Source of the DNA: a virus
Virus genome (UHGV): UHGV-1356053
Strand: one strand, 5' to 3'
DNA: 14,087 bases
A program made the position numbers and the translations under genes. This document shows, in pieces, positions 1 through 7,382 of the stretch. How positions within the stretch are numbered: position 1 is the stretch's first letter; every line of letters begins with the position of its first letter. Below the pieces are notes generated by a model. It was not told where the DNA came from, did not search any database, and saw only the letters and a list, made by a program, of their open reading frames with translations.

Positions 1-155
1 GGGCTGTTTTATGCTTCGCCTCTGATGACACTGACGCAAGAATGGCAATAGGCCAAGAGGTGGAGATGGACCCGACAAACGATGAATTCATAATTTATGG
101 CGCTCCATCTAATTACTTACTTGATACCTGCAACATTTACAACAAGGCTGCCTGA
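1..155 (+). CDS. Possible 3' end of an upstream early-left gene (partial, start outside window)
   Basis: One frame is open from position 3 to TGA at 153-155 (50 codons, ...DEFIIYGAPSNYLLDTCNIYNKAA*), followed by a T-run at 163-171. Weak: a 50-codon open frame can occur by chance. Confidence 0.25.
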   Translation, partial: AVLCFASDDTDARMAIGQEVEMDPTNDEFIIYGAPSNYLLDTCNIYNKAA

Positions 156-214
156 TGGTGGCCTTTATTTTTTAGCCGTAAATAATTTCATGCTTATTAC
201 AATCAAGGTGATAT

Positions 215-580
215 ATGGAAGAACAAGCAAACAAGATTCTCGTAGAACTACTGCAAAAAGCCAGCAATGGAATGGACGCGGCTGTTTCATTTAGCCAGGC
301 ACAGATTCCTGATGTCATCCATCAGCTTTTGATGTGGCACGCCGTATCATCAGCTGGAATTCAGGCTATCTGTGTATTGGTGATTATAGCGTGTGTTTAT
401 CTGATGATTTTTGCATGGAATAAAGGAGATGATGCAGATATTGTTCTTTTATCACTACTTGTTACATCAGGAATAGCGATTACTTCTATTGTTGTTTTCT
501 TCAATTATTTCGACTGGCTGAAAATTTGGCTTGCTCCAAAACTTTACCTTATCGAATATGCAGCATCATTGGTTAAGTAA
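215..580 (+). CDS. Hypothetical small membrane protein, 121 aa, two predicted C-terminal transmembrane helices
   Basis: ATG at 215 with AAGGTG 4 nt upstream; hydrophobic stretches GIQAICVLVIIACVYLMIFAW and IVLLSLLVTSGIAITSIVVFF; intrinsic terminator directly downstream. Confidence 0.7.
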   Translation: MEEQANKILVELLQKASNGMDAAVSFSQAQIPDVIHQLLMWHAVSSAGIQAICVLVIIACVYLMIFAWNKGDDADIVLLSLLVTSGIAITSIVVFFNYFDWLKIWLAPKLYLIEYAASLVK

Positions 581-584
581 TTTC

Positions 585-610
585 AGGACGCATAGTCGTC
601 CTTTATTTTT
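585..610 (+). terminator. Rho-independent terminator candidate
   Basis: AGGACG (585-590), 6-nt loop CATAGT, CGTCCT (597-602), then TTTATTTTT. Confidence 0.6.
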
Positions 611-639
611 AGCATAAACAACAGAATAAACACTGCACT

Positions 640-667
640 GTGTATTCATTCCAACGAGTGAATACAC
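640..667 (+). repeat. Perfect 9-bp inverted repeat (hairpin) in the cIII leader
   Basis: GTGTATTCA (640-648), 10-nt spacer, TGAATACAC (659-667). Confidence 0.6.
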
Positions 668-729
668 GGAGCAATGTCGCTCGTAACTAAACAGGAGCCG
701 ACTTGTTCTGATTATTGGAAATCTTCTTT

Positions 730-757
730 GCCCTCCAGTGTGAGGGCGATTTTTTAT
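730..757 (+). terminator. Rho-independent terminator candidate upstream of cIII
   Basis: GCCCTC (730-735), loop CAGTGT, GAGGGC (742-747), then GATTTTTTAT. Confidence 0.55.
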
Positions 758-819
758 GCATACCAATAACGCTTCACTCGAGGCGTTTTCGTTATGCAAT
801 CAAACAGAAGGAGTTACCC

Positions 820-954
820 ATGATGCACTTTCAGTTAGCGGGTAGCGGCGTCATGTCCGCTTTCTACCCGCACGAATCTGAATTATCACGCCGAGTTAAA
901 CAATTAATCAGAGCAGCAAAGAAACAACTGGAGGCGTTATGCGCAATGAAATAG
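820..954 (+). CDS. cIII: CIII-like protein (FtsH inhibitor family), 44 aa
   Basis: ATG 820 with AGAAGGAG 6 nt upstream; MMHFQLAGSGVMSAFYPHESELSRRVKQLIRAAKKQLEALCAMK resembles the conserved amphipathic core of lambda CIII (..AG..V....ES.L.R....L...) as recalled; sits upstream of kil as in lambda/P22. Confidence 0.6.
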   Translation: MMHFQLAGSGVMSAFYPHESELSRRVKQLIRAAKKQLEALCAMK

Positions 955-1091
955 CCATCAATCACCAGATGCTTCGTGCTGCACAGAACAAAGCAGTAAT
1001 AGCCAGATTTATTGGTGATTCAAAAATGTGGCTTGAAGCAAATAAAGCGATGAAATCAGCTATCAACCTTCCGTTGTATCGCAGGAAATGA
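939..1091 (+). CDS. kil: Kil-like small protein (host cell-division inhibitor family), 50 aa
   Basis: Below the ORF-track size cut-off. ATG 939 overlaps the cIII 3' end in another frame. MRNEIAINHQMLRAAQNKAVIARFIGDSKMWLEANKAMKSAINLPLYRRK shares the IA.FIGD.KM..EA motif with lambda Kil as recalled. Confidence 0.55.
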   Translation: MRNEIAINHQMLRAAQNKAVIARFIGDSKMWLEANKAMKSAINLPLYRRK

Positions 1092-1166
1092 GTTTTACAG
1101 ATAACTGGTCAGACGAAGAATTCATTCGTCAGATGAAAGATTTAATCGGTAACGAAGGAGATATTC

Positions 1167-1337
1167 ATGTCACTTGCAACCACAGTGAAGGAGAGCAAGT
1201 TACAGAGACGCATGTACACGCAGCAGGCGTTAATGTATCGCCAGAAGGGAGATCGTGAAGGTGTTCGCGTATTTTTAAATGCGGCAAAGACTGAAGTATT
1301 AAATCAGCGTTATTTCCTTGGGCCATGTCCATTCTGA
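1167..1337 (+). CDS. Hypothetical small basic protein, 56 aa, in the position of P22 arf
   Basis: ATG 1167 preceded by AAGGAG with 6-nt spacing; ends 8 nt before the annealing-protein start. An overlapping alternative frame (1088-1258) is also open. Confidence 0.4.
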   Translation: MSLATTVKESKLQRRMYTQQALMYRQKGDREGVRVFLNAAKTEVLNQRYFLGPCPF

Positions 1338-1345
1338 GGTGAATT

Positions 1346-2053
1346 ATGGATTTGAATAAATTCGATGAGCCATTCAGCCCTGAAGATATCGAATGGCGAA
1401 TACAGCAAAGCGGTAAAACACGCGATGGAAAGGTGTGGGCTATGGTGCTGGCTTATGTCACGAACAGGGCAATCATGAAACGCCTGGACGATGTTTGCGG
1501 CAAAGCAGGATGGCGCAATGAATACCGCGATATTCCCAACAACGGCGGCGTTGAATGCGGCATATCAATCAGGATTGATTCCGAATGGGTAACCAAATGG
1601 GATGCTGCTGAAAACACGCAGGTAGAAGCCGTCAAAGGTGGTCGTTCAGGTGCAATGAAGCGTGCTGCCGTTCAGTGGGGAATCGGTCGGTATCTGTATA
1701 ACCTTGAGGAAGGTTTCGCACAAACATCTCTCGATAAAAAGCATGGGTGGCACAGGGCAAAACTGAAGGATGGAACAGGATTTTACTGGCTCCCTCCATC
1801 GCTGCCGGGATGGGCAATCCCAGCATCAGATAACAAACCATCACCAGAAAATACCAACCAGAAATCTCCATCGGTTGACTGCGAACAAATCCTGAAAGAC
1901 TTCAGCGATTATGCGTCAACAGAAACTGACAAGAAAAAACTCATCGAGCGTTATCAGCGTGACTGGCAATTAATGGCTGGCAACGAGGAAGCGCAGGCTA
2001 AATGCGTTCAGGTAATGAACATCAGAGTTAACGAACTAAAACAGGCGGCATAA
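1346..2053 (+). CDS. Single-strand annealing protein, Rad52/Sak-type recombinase (235 aa)
   Basis: Pattern pEDIewR...GkvwamvlaYVtnRaimkRLddvcGkaGW...AMKRAAVQWGIGRYLY fits the Rad52 N-terminal annealing fold; no Walker A motif; sits in the erf/bet position directly upstream of ssb. Confidence 0.85.
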   Translation: MDLNKFDEPFSPEDIEWRIQQSGKTRDGKVWAMVLAYVTNRAIMKRLDDVCGKAGWRNEYRDIPNNGGVECGISIRIDSEWVTKWDAAENTQVEAVKGGRSGAMKRAAVQWGIGRYLYNLEEGFAQTSLDKKHGWHRAKLKDGTGFYWLPPSLPGWAIPASDNKPSPENTNQKSPSVDCEQILKDFSDYASTETDKKKLIERYQRDWQLMAGNEEAQAKCVQVMNIRVNELKQAA

Positions 2054-2560
2054 ATGGCAAGCAGAGGCGTAAATAAGGTGATTATCCTTGGTCGGGTAGG
2101 ACAAGACCCGGAAGTTCGATACTCACCATCAGGAACAGCGTTCGCTAACCTGACAATAGCCACGTCAGAACAATGGCGAGATAAAAATACTGGCGAGCAA
2201 AAGGAATTGACTGAATGGCATCGTGTTGCTGTATCCGGGAAACTGGCTGAGGTCGTGGGGCAGTATGTAAAAAAAGGTGATCAGATTTATTTCGAGGGAA
2301 TGCTGAGAACCAGAAAGTGGAAAGACCAGTCAGGGCAAGACCGTTACACAACCGAGGTTCATGTCGGAATTAATGGCGTGATGCAAATGCTTGGCGGCAT
2401 TGGCGACAGCAAACAACAAGCAGCCAGCAGGCAATCACAGAAGCCACAGCAGCAATCATCACCAGCACAACACAACGAACCTCCGATGGATTTTGACGAC
2501 GATATACCCTTTGCACCAGTAACTCTCCCCTTCCCTCGTCACGCTATTCACGCAATTTAA
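2054..2560 (+). CDS. ssb: Single-stranded DNA-binding protein (168 aa)
   Basis: [23 protein letters not shown]...TEWHRV...[12 protein letters not shown]... with Gln/Pro-rich linker and canonical acidic tail MDFDDDIPF; start abuts the preceding stop (TAA-ATG). Confidence 0.95.
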   Translation: MASRGVNKVIILGRVGQDPEVRYSPSGTAFANLTIATSEQWRDKNTGEQKELTEWHRVAVSGKLAEVVGQYVKKGDQIYFEGMLRTRKWKDQSGQDRYTTEVHVGINGVMQMLGGIGDSKQQAASRQSQKPQQQSSPAQHNEPPMDFDDDIPFAPVTLPFPRHAIHAI

Positions 2561-2573
2561 TCAGGAGAAAAAC

Positions 2574-2870
2574 ATGCCAGCGCCTCTGTATGGTGCGGAC
2601 GACGCACGCCGCTGTTCCGGCAATTCCGTATCGGAGGTGCTGGATAAATTCAGAAAAAACTACGACCTGATAATGTCGCTACCGCAGGAAACGAAAAAGG
2701 AAAAGGAATTTCGCCATTGTATATGGCTTGCAGAGAAAGAAGAACGCGATCGAATTTACCAGACATCAATCCGACCATTCCGCAAAGCCACATATACCCA
2801 CTTCCCTGAATATATCGACCCGCGCCTGCGTAATTACCGCTCACGCTATGGCGCTATCAGTAATGACTGA
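2574..2870 (+). CDS. Hypothetical protein, 98 aa; positionally equivalent to P22 abc (anti-RecBCD) genes, function unverified
   Basis: ATG 2574 with AGGAG 6 nt upstream; basic, Arg/Lys-rich; directly follows the annealing protein and ssb. Confidence 0.75.
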   Translation: MPAPLYGADDARRCSGNSVSEVLDKFRKNYDLIMSLPQETKKEKEFRHCIWLAEKEERDRIYQTSIRPFRKATYTHFPEYIDPRLRNYRSRYGAISND

Positions 2871-2880
2871 GGAATTTACC

Positions 2881-3045
2881 ATGAGAGGACTTGCATACAA
2901 TCCCGGCATTCTTCCGGCAGAAATGATTATTCGCCAACGCGTAAAGCCAATGCCATCGAGAGAGGAATTGCTTAAGAGAAATAGTTTCGGTTCTGTTAAT
3001 GACAACAAATATCTGAATGCAATGTGGCGGAGTGGGAAGAAATGA
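2881..3045 (+). CDS. Hypothetical small protein, 54 aa
   Basis: ATG 2881 with GAGGAA upstream; its stop overlaps the next start (ATGA at 3042-3045), suggesting translational coupling. Confidence 0.45.
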   Translation: MRGLAYNPGILPAEMIIRQRVKPMPSREELLKRNSFGSVNDNKYLNAMWRSGKK

Positions 3046-3548
3046 AACAAATGTCACTAATTGAGATGGATGGTTTTCTGAAAGGTAAATTCTTCCCACG
3101 AGATTTAAAGGTTAACGAAACAAACGCTGAATATCTTGTCCGTAAGTTCGGTGAACTTGAATCAAAACTGGAAACGGCGTTGCGTGAGTGTCGTTCTGCT
3201 GGAATCACGATTGATAACCTTGAGGCCAAGTGCGCTGCGCTGGCAGCAGAGAATGCGGGGATGAAGAAGTTCTGCAAAGACGATGCATTCGATGCCGATT
3301 ACGAAGCAGAGCTAGGTATGGAGCGTGGTGGATTCAGTGATGCGCTTAACGAAATCAAAACCCCAGCCACCGATGCTTTTCTGGCTGAAGTACGGGCGCA
3401 GGGGGTAGAGATGTACGCAGATAACCTCGACAACGGAGCAGACGACGCAGAACGAGGTGGTTTTGATTATGCCGTTAAGTTTCTACGCAGTGAAGCGTCT
3501 AGTGTACGTTTGTTCGCCGACCAGCTTCGCAAAGGAGGCAACCAGTGA
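3042..3548 (+). CDS. Ea22-like coiled-coil protein (168 aa)
   Basis: ATG 3042 with GGGAAGA upstream (the track's GTG 3024 would overlap the previous gene); acidic helical sequence; stop overlaps the next start (GTGA at 3545-3548). Confidence 0.75.
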   Translation: MKQMSLIEMDGFLKGKFFPRDLKVNETNAEYLVRKFGELESKLETALRECRSAGITIDNLEAKCAALAAENAGMKKFCKDDAFDADYEAELGMERGGFSDALNEIKTPATDAFLAEVRAQGVEMYADNLDNGADDAERGGFDYAVKFLRSEASSVRLFADQLRKGGNQ

Positions 3549-3997
3549 GCAAGATTGACTATCAGGCACTGCGTGCTAAGGCAGAAAAAGCAACGTGTGG
3601 CGAGTGGTCGCTCGAATATGGAGAGGGCCGATTTGATGGTGATGATGCGCTAATTCATCGCGAGGCTGCTGGATATATTCCCATTTGCAGAATTGAAGGA
3701 GCGCATCCTGAAAGCGGTTTCGATGAAGATTTCCAAATAGAACAGCAGGCCAATGCTGAATTCATCGCCGCAGCCAATCCAGCTACCGTGCTGGCGCTGC
3801 TGGATGAGCTGGAAGCCAAAGACAAGCGGATTGCTGACATGGAGGCGCGGGAGGTTGTACTGCCGCGTGCGCACGATGTTCACCCATTAGGGCCGCAGTC
3901 GGCGAAAATTTTTTGTGAGTTTCACCGGAGTATCGTGAACAGATGCGCCGATGAGATTCGCAAGGTTGGCGTCAAAGTCAGCATCAAGGGGAATTAG
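3545..3997 (+). CDS. Ead/Ea22-like protein (150 aa)
   Basis: GTG start with AAGGAGG 9 nt upstream; contains ...NAEFIAAANPATVLALLDELEA... which I recognise as the conserved Ead/Ea22 motif of lambdoid ea-region proteins. Confidence 0.8.
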   Translation: MSKIDYQALRAKAEKATCGEWSLEYGEGRFDGDDALIHREAAGYIPICRIEGAHPESGFDEDFQIEQQANAEFIAAANPATVLALLDELEAKDKRIADMEAREVVLPRAHDVHPLGPQSAKIFCEFHRSIVNRCADEIRKVGVKVSIKGN

Positions 3998-4001
3998 GGA
4001 T

Positions 4002-4598
4002 ATGGCTGAACTAACCAAAGAATGGCTGAAGCAAACTATCGCTGAATACGAAGCCAATCGTGATGAATTACCGTTTGGACTGGATACCAACAGTGCCATT
4101 GAGCTTCAGGCGTTCAAGTTGGCGCTGGCATCGCTGGAAGCAGATCCAGTTGCTTATATTTTCAAACATCCGGCCGGGAAATTATTCTGGGCTTTAACGG
4201 ATGAAAGCAATAAAGAGCAATCGGACGTTATTCCTGTTTATGCCGCCCCTCCAGTGCCAGTAGTACCTGAAGAAAAACCAATGCCTAACCCTCTTAAAAT
4301 GTACGCGGTTGATGCTGTTGCCGCTATTGAAGAGGTGAGAGGCTGGAACGCCTGTCGTGCCGCTATGCTTCAGAGTCAAGGTAATTGCATTAAGGATGGT
4401 TGGATAAGCTGTAGTGATCGAATGCCGGAAGACACCAAAATGTTACTGGCATTTAGTCAAGGTGAAATCGTGGCCGCATATTGGAACTGGGTTGTAAATC
4501 CAATTGATTACAAAAAATATAGAGCTTTCACGTATTTATCAGGAAATATCTTGGATGACGTAACTCACTGGATGCCGCTACCAGAGCCTCCACTTTGA
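4002..4598 (+). CDS. DUF551-type C-terminal domain protein (198 aa)
   Basis: ATG 4002 (MAELTKEWLKQ) with GGGA upstream; C-terminus GWISCSDRMPED...AAYWNW...HWMPLPEPPL matches the DUF551 signature as recalled. Confidence 0.8.
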   Translation: MAELTKEWLKQTIAEYEANRDELPFGLDTNSAIELQAFKLALASLEADPVAYIFKHPAGKLFWALTDESNKEQSDVIPVYAAPPVPVVPEEKPMPNPLKMYAVDAVAAIEEVRGWNACRAAMLQSQGNCIKDGWISCSDRMPEDTKMLLAFSQGEIVAAYWNWVVNPIDYKKYRAFTYLSGNILDDVTHWMPLPEPPL

Positions 4599-4694
4599 AA
4601 GCGAAGCTTATACATATCTTTTACATCAGCAATCTATTGTTAATCTCCAATCAATGTTACGTTGTCATCTCACTCATGCTTTGGAGGTAGTGAT

Positions 4695-4874
4695 ATGTCT
4701 TGTCCAAAATGCGGTTGTGGAAATATTGCAAAAGAAAAAACAATGCGTGGATGGTCTGGTGATTATGTGTGCTGCGATTGCGGATACAACGACTCTAAAG
4801 ACGCATTTGGAGAGCGTGGTAAAAACGAGTTTGTCAAAATTAATAAAGATCGCGAAGGCAACGGAAAAAGCTAA
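4695..4874 (+). CDS. Small zinc-ribbon protein (59 aa, two CxxC-type pairs)
   Basis: ATG 4695 with GGAGG 7 nt upstream; MSCPKCGCGNIAKEKTMRGWSGDYVCCDCGYND... Confidence 0.6.
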   Translation: MSCPKCGCGNIAKEKTMRGWSGDYVCCDCGYNDSKDAFGERGKNEFVKINKDREGNGKS

Positions 4875-4939
4875 TTTATTATTCATATATGAAAACAATG
4901 TAACCAATATTCGAATTGAAGAACTGAAAGAACACCAAG

Positions 4940-4960
4940 CCGCCTGATGGCGGTTTTTTT
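4940..4960 (+). terminator. Rho-independent terminator
   Basis: CCGCC (4940-4944), loop TGAT, GGCGG (4949-4953), then seven T (4954-4960). Confidence 0.7.
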
Positions 4961-4974
4961 ATTGGAGACAAGAA

Positions 4975-5319
4975 ATGTCAGATTTGGCTATGAAGGTTTT
5001 GAAATGGCAATCAACTGGCGATGTTGGCATCAGTAGCGCAACTCTTGCCTCAATCGCATGTGGGCTGAAAAAGAATATCTATGGTCATCACTTCGGCGCT
5101 CCCCATGACGCAGCAGACTTTCGGCGATGCGTTGCACTTGTTGAGCAGATTCCAGAAATCAGAGATTCATTCGACAAGGTTGCAAAGCGCGTTCCGGCAT
5201 TCAAAGGAATCCTCAACGAATGGGATTCACTCGTTGCTCTGTTGAAGTCTGAAATGAAGATACACGGAAACAAAGCACCAGAGACTTACAGAAGAATCAG
5301 CGAGCTACGCAAGGACTAA
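4975..5319 (+). CDS. Hypothetical protein, 114 aa
   Basis: ATG 4975 with GGAGA 6 nt upstream, immediately after the 4940-4960 terminator; no recognisable motif. Confidence 0.75.
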   Translation: MSDLAMKVLKWQSTGDVGISSATLASIACGLKKNIYGHHFGAPHDAADFRRCVALVEQIPEIRDSFDKVAKRVPAFKGILNEWDSLVALLKSEMKIHGNKAPETYRRISELRKD

Positions 5320-5406
5320 CCCGCCTCACACTCGATGAGGCCTGTACATTTCTCAAGATATCCAGACCTACCGCAATCATGTCAATCCAATAAATGGAGA
5401 TTCCAG

Positions 5407-5754
5407 GTGGAAGAAGAAATCTTCACTCGTGAAGAAGCTGCGTCGTATCTGAAGGTAGACAAAGGCACTATCACACAGTGGATACGAAGTGGACGACTTC
5501 AGGCCGCAAAGATAAATCCAGATAAACCTAAAAGTCCATATCGCATTTGCAAGTCAGACTGCATTGCGGCGCTTAAGTCTGTGAGACACAATAGCGCGGT
5601 GAATGCGGTTGATGTGCAGGAGGTTAAAGCATGTCAATCAAACTACGCGGTGGCACGTGGCACTGCGATTTCGTCGCGCCAGATGGATCAAGAGTTAGAC
5701 GCTCTCTTGAAACATCGGACAAAAGGCAAGCGCAAGAACTTCACGATCGTCTGA
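5407..5754 (+). CDS. xis: Excisionase (helix-turn-helix Xis family), 115 aa
   Basis: GTG 5407 with GGAGA 6 nt upstream is the best-supported start (the track's ATG 5335 has no RBS); FTREEAASYLKVDKGTITQWIRSGRLQAAKI is an excisionase-type HTH; 3' end overlaps the int start by 124 nt in another frame. Confidence 0.65.
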   Translation: MEEEIFTREEAASYLKVDKGTITQWIRSGRLQAAKINPDKPKSPYRICKSDCIAALKSVRHNSAVNAVDVQEVKACQSNYAVARGTAISSRQMDQELDALLKHRTKGKRKNFTIV

Positions 5755-6791
5755 AAGCAGAAGCGTGGAGAGTAAAAAATCTCGGGGAATCACCGAAAAA
5801 GCTATTCAAGGAAGCCTGCATACGGTGGCTGCGTGAGAAATCGGATAAGAAGTCCATTGATGATGACAAGAGCATTATATCGTTCTGGATGTTGCACTTC
5901 AGAGAAGCCATTCTCTCTGACATAACAACAGAAAAAATAATGGAGGCGGTAGACGGGATGGAAAACCGCCGCCATCGCCTGAACTGGGAGATGAGCCGGG
6001 ACAGGTGTTTGCGACTTGGCAATCCGGTGCCGGAGTATAAACCAAAGCTGGCAAGCAAAGGAACGAAGACGAGGCATCTGGCAATACTTCGCGCCATTCT
6101 CAATATGGCTGTTGAATGGGGATGGCTTGACAGGGCACCCAAAATATCAACACCACGCGTTAAGAATGGACGCATCAGATGGCTTACAGAGGAGGAATCG
6201 AAGCGCCTGTTTGCAGAAATTGCTCCTCACTTCTTCCCTGTGGTCATGTTTGCAATCACGACAGGCCTTCGCCGTTCCAACGTTACAGACCTTGAGTGGT
6301 CACAGGTCGATCTGGATAAGAAAATGGCATGGATGCACCCTGATGAAACAAAAGCTGGCAATGCGATCGGAGTTCCTCTTAACGAAACCGCATGCCAGAT
6401 ATTAAGAAAACAGCAGGGGCTCCATAAGAGATGGGTATTTGTCCACACCAAACCTGCCTACCGAAGCGACGGAACAAAAACAGCAGCGGTAAGGAAGATG
6501 AGAACCGACAGCAACAAGGCATGGAAGGGAGCGTTAAAGCGGGCAGGCATTAGCAACTTCCGCTTCCATGACCTGAGGCATACCTGGGCAAGCTGGCTGG
6601 TTCAGTCCGGTGTCTCTCTTCTTGCACTTAAAGAGATGGGAGGATGGGAAACTCTCGAAATGGTTCAAAGATACGCCCACCTTTCAGCCGGGCATCTCAC
6701 CGAGCACGCGAGCAAAATCGATGCGATTATAAGTCGCAATGGCACAAATACGGCACAAGAGGAGAACGTAGTTTACTTAAATGTGAGGTAA
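5631..6791 (+). CDS. int: Tyrosine integrase, P22 Int type (386 aa)
   Basis: AGGAGG upstream of ATG 5631; resembles P22 Int throughout as recalled (KRQAQELHDRLKAEAWRV, TGLRRSN, FRFHDLRHTWASWLVQ, GGWE..EMVQRYAHL with the catalytic R..HxxR..Y pattern); ends 15 bp from the att core. Confidence 0.97.
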   Translation: MSIKLRGGTWHCDFVAPDGSRVRRSLETSDKRQAQELHDRLKAEAWRVKNLGESPKKLFKEACIRWLREKSDKKSIDDDKSIISFWMLHFREAILSDITTEKIMEAVDGMENRRHRLNWEMSRDRCLRLGNPVPEYKPKLASKGTKTRHLAILRAILNMAVEWGWLDRAPKISTPRVKNGRIRWLTEEESKRLFAEIAPHFFPVVMFAITTGLRRSNVTDLEWSQVDLDKKMAWMHPDETKAGNAIGVPLNETACQILRKQQGLHKRWVFVHTKPAYRSDGTKTAAVRKMRTDSNKAWKGALKRAGISNFRFHDLRHTWASWLVQSGVSLLALKEMGGWETLEMVQRYAHLSAGHLTEHASKIDAIISRNGTNTAQEENVVYLNVR

Positions 6792-6805
6792 CTTATTGAT
6801 TTAAA

Positions 6806-6851
6806 TGGTGCCGATAATAGGAGTCGAACCTACGACCTTCGCATTACGAAT
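6806..6851 (-). other. attP core: 46-bp copy of the 3' part of tRNA-Thr(CGU) (thrW-type target); not a complete tRNA gene
   Basis: Minus strand reads ATTCGTAATGCGAAGGTCGTAGGTTCGACTCCTATTATCGGCACCA: anticodon-loop 3' half, T-arm GGTTCGACTCC, acceptor 3' strand and CCA. The sequence 5' of it (GGTGCTACAG) does not continue the tRNA, so only the att-core part is present. Confidence 0.85.
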
Positions 6852-6910
6852 CTGTAGCACCAATCATAACTATCTGTTTTAGCAAGCATTAACCGCATTC
6901 ACCAAGCAAT

Positions 6911-7046
6911 AGTTGATGGCACAAACAGAAAGTTGATGCATGATGTTGTCATGTGTATGTCACAAATACGGCACAACGATCTTCAAACATGTAGCCACTC
7001 AGCATAGAAGAGCACAAAGCCTTGCAATCCAGTGCAAAGCTTTGTG
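6911..7046. repeat. Short repeats in the attP arm; candidate arm-type Int/IHF sites and a hairpin
   Basis: AGTTGATG twice (6911-6918, 6931-6938); sCACAA(A/C) four times (6918-6927, 6959-6969, 6970-6979, 7010-7020); inverted repeat CACAAAGC (7013-7020) / GCTTTGTG (7039-7046) followed by T-rich sequence. Confidence 0.4.
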
Positions 7047-7082
7047 TGTCTCAGTTTTGTTTCATCGGTAATTATGTGTTCG

Positions 7083-7382
7083 CTACGATGCAAGAATCCA
7101 TACCAATAAGCATCCGATAATTGGGAAAGAAAAATCCAACAGACTTCCCACATCCCACACGCGTGGATCAAAACCTCCCCACCACGGCATGTTGATGCGT
7201 TTCCCTTTCCCAAACTTTTCTATCCAGCGATATTCTGCCTGGGTGTGTTCACGCGCAATGAAGAACGTACAACCGGCTATCGCACCGTAAGCCCAGTTTC
7301 CGGTAGAAAGGCCAACCAGTACCTGAGCCGCAAAAGCGCAAAGCGAGTGAAGAAATGGAGTGACATCAATGCTCTTAATCAT
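7083..7382 (-). CDS. Hypothetical small membrane protein (99 aa), translationally coupled to the tailspike
   Basis: Its ATG (7382-7380) overlaps the tailspike stop (ATGA); hydrophobic segments [30 protein letters not shown] and [16 protein letters not shown]; occupies the tailspike-to-attP slot where P22 and Sf6 carry gtrABC or oac. Confidence 0.65.
   Translation of the reverse strand: MIKSIDVTPFLHSLCAFAAQVLVGLSTGNWAYGAIAGCTFFIAREHTQAEYRWIEKFGKGKRINMPWWGGFDPRVWDVGSLLDFSFPIIGCLLVWILAS

Noticed and set aside
97-294. 65-aa plus-strand ORF overlapping the start of the membrane-protein gene
   Set aside because: No RBS; overlaps the better-supported 215-580 gene in another frame.
566-799. 77-aa minus-strand ORF across the terminator and cIII leader
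   Set aside because: Antisense to a regulatory region full of terminator hairpins; no RBS; likely spurious.
715-954. Long version of the cIII ORF starting at ATG 715
   Set aside because: That start lies inside the terminator hairpin at 730-757 and has no RBS; ATG 820 with AGAAGGAG is preferred.
1088-1258. Alternative 56-aa frame (MSFTDNWSDEEF...) between kil and the annealing protein
   Set aside because: Its ATG overlaps the kil stop (ATGA) but has a poorly spaced RBS; the overlapping 1167-1337 frame has a strong AAGGAG. Cannot exclude that this frame is the real one.
5741-6451. Minus-strand and alternative-frame ORFs inside int (5741-6175, 5802-6077, 5899-6084, 6016-6405, 6227-6451)
   Set aside because: All lie within the clearly recognisable integrase coding sequence; typical shadow ORFs.
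6806-6862. Possibility of a complete tRNA-Thr gene
   Set aside because: Only the 3' 46 nt match a tRNA; the sequence where the 5' half should be (reverse complement of 6852-6890) cannot form the D-arm or acceptor 5' strand. It is an att core, not a functional tRNA.
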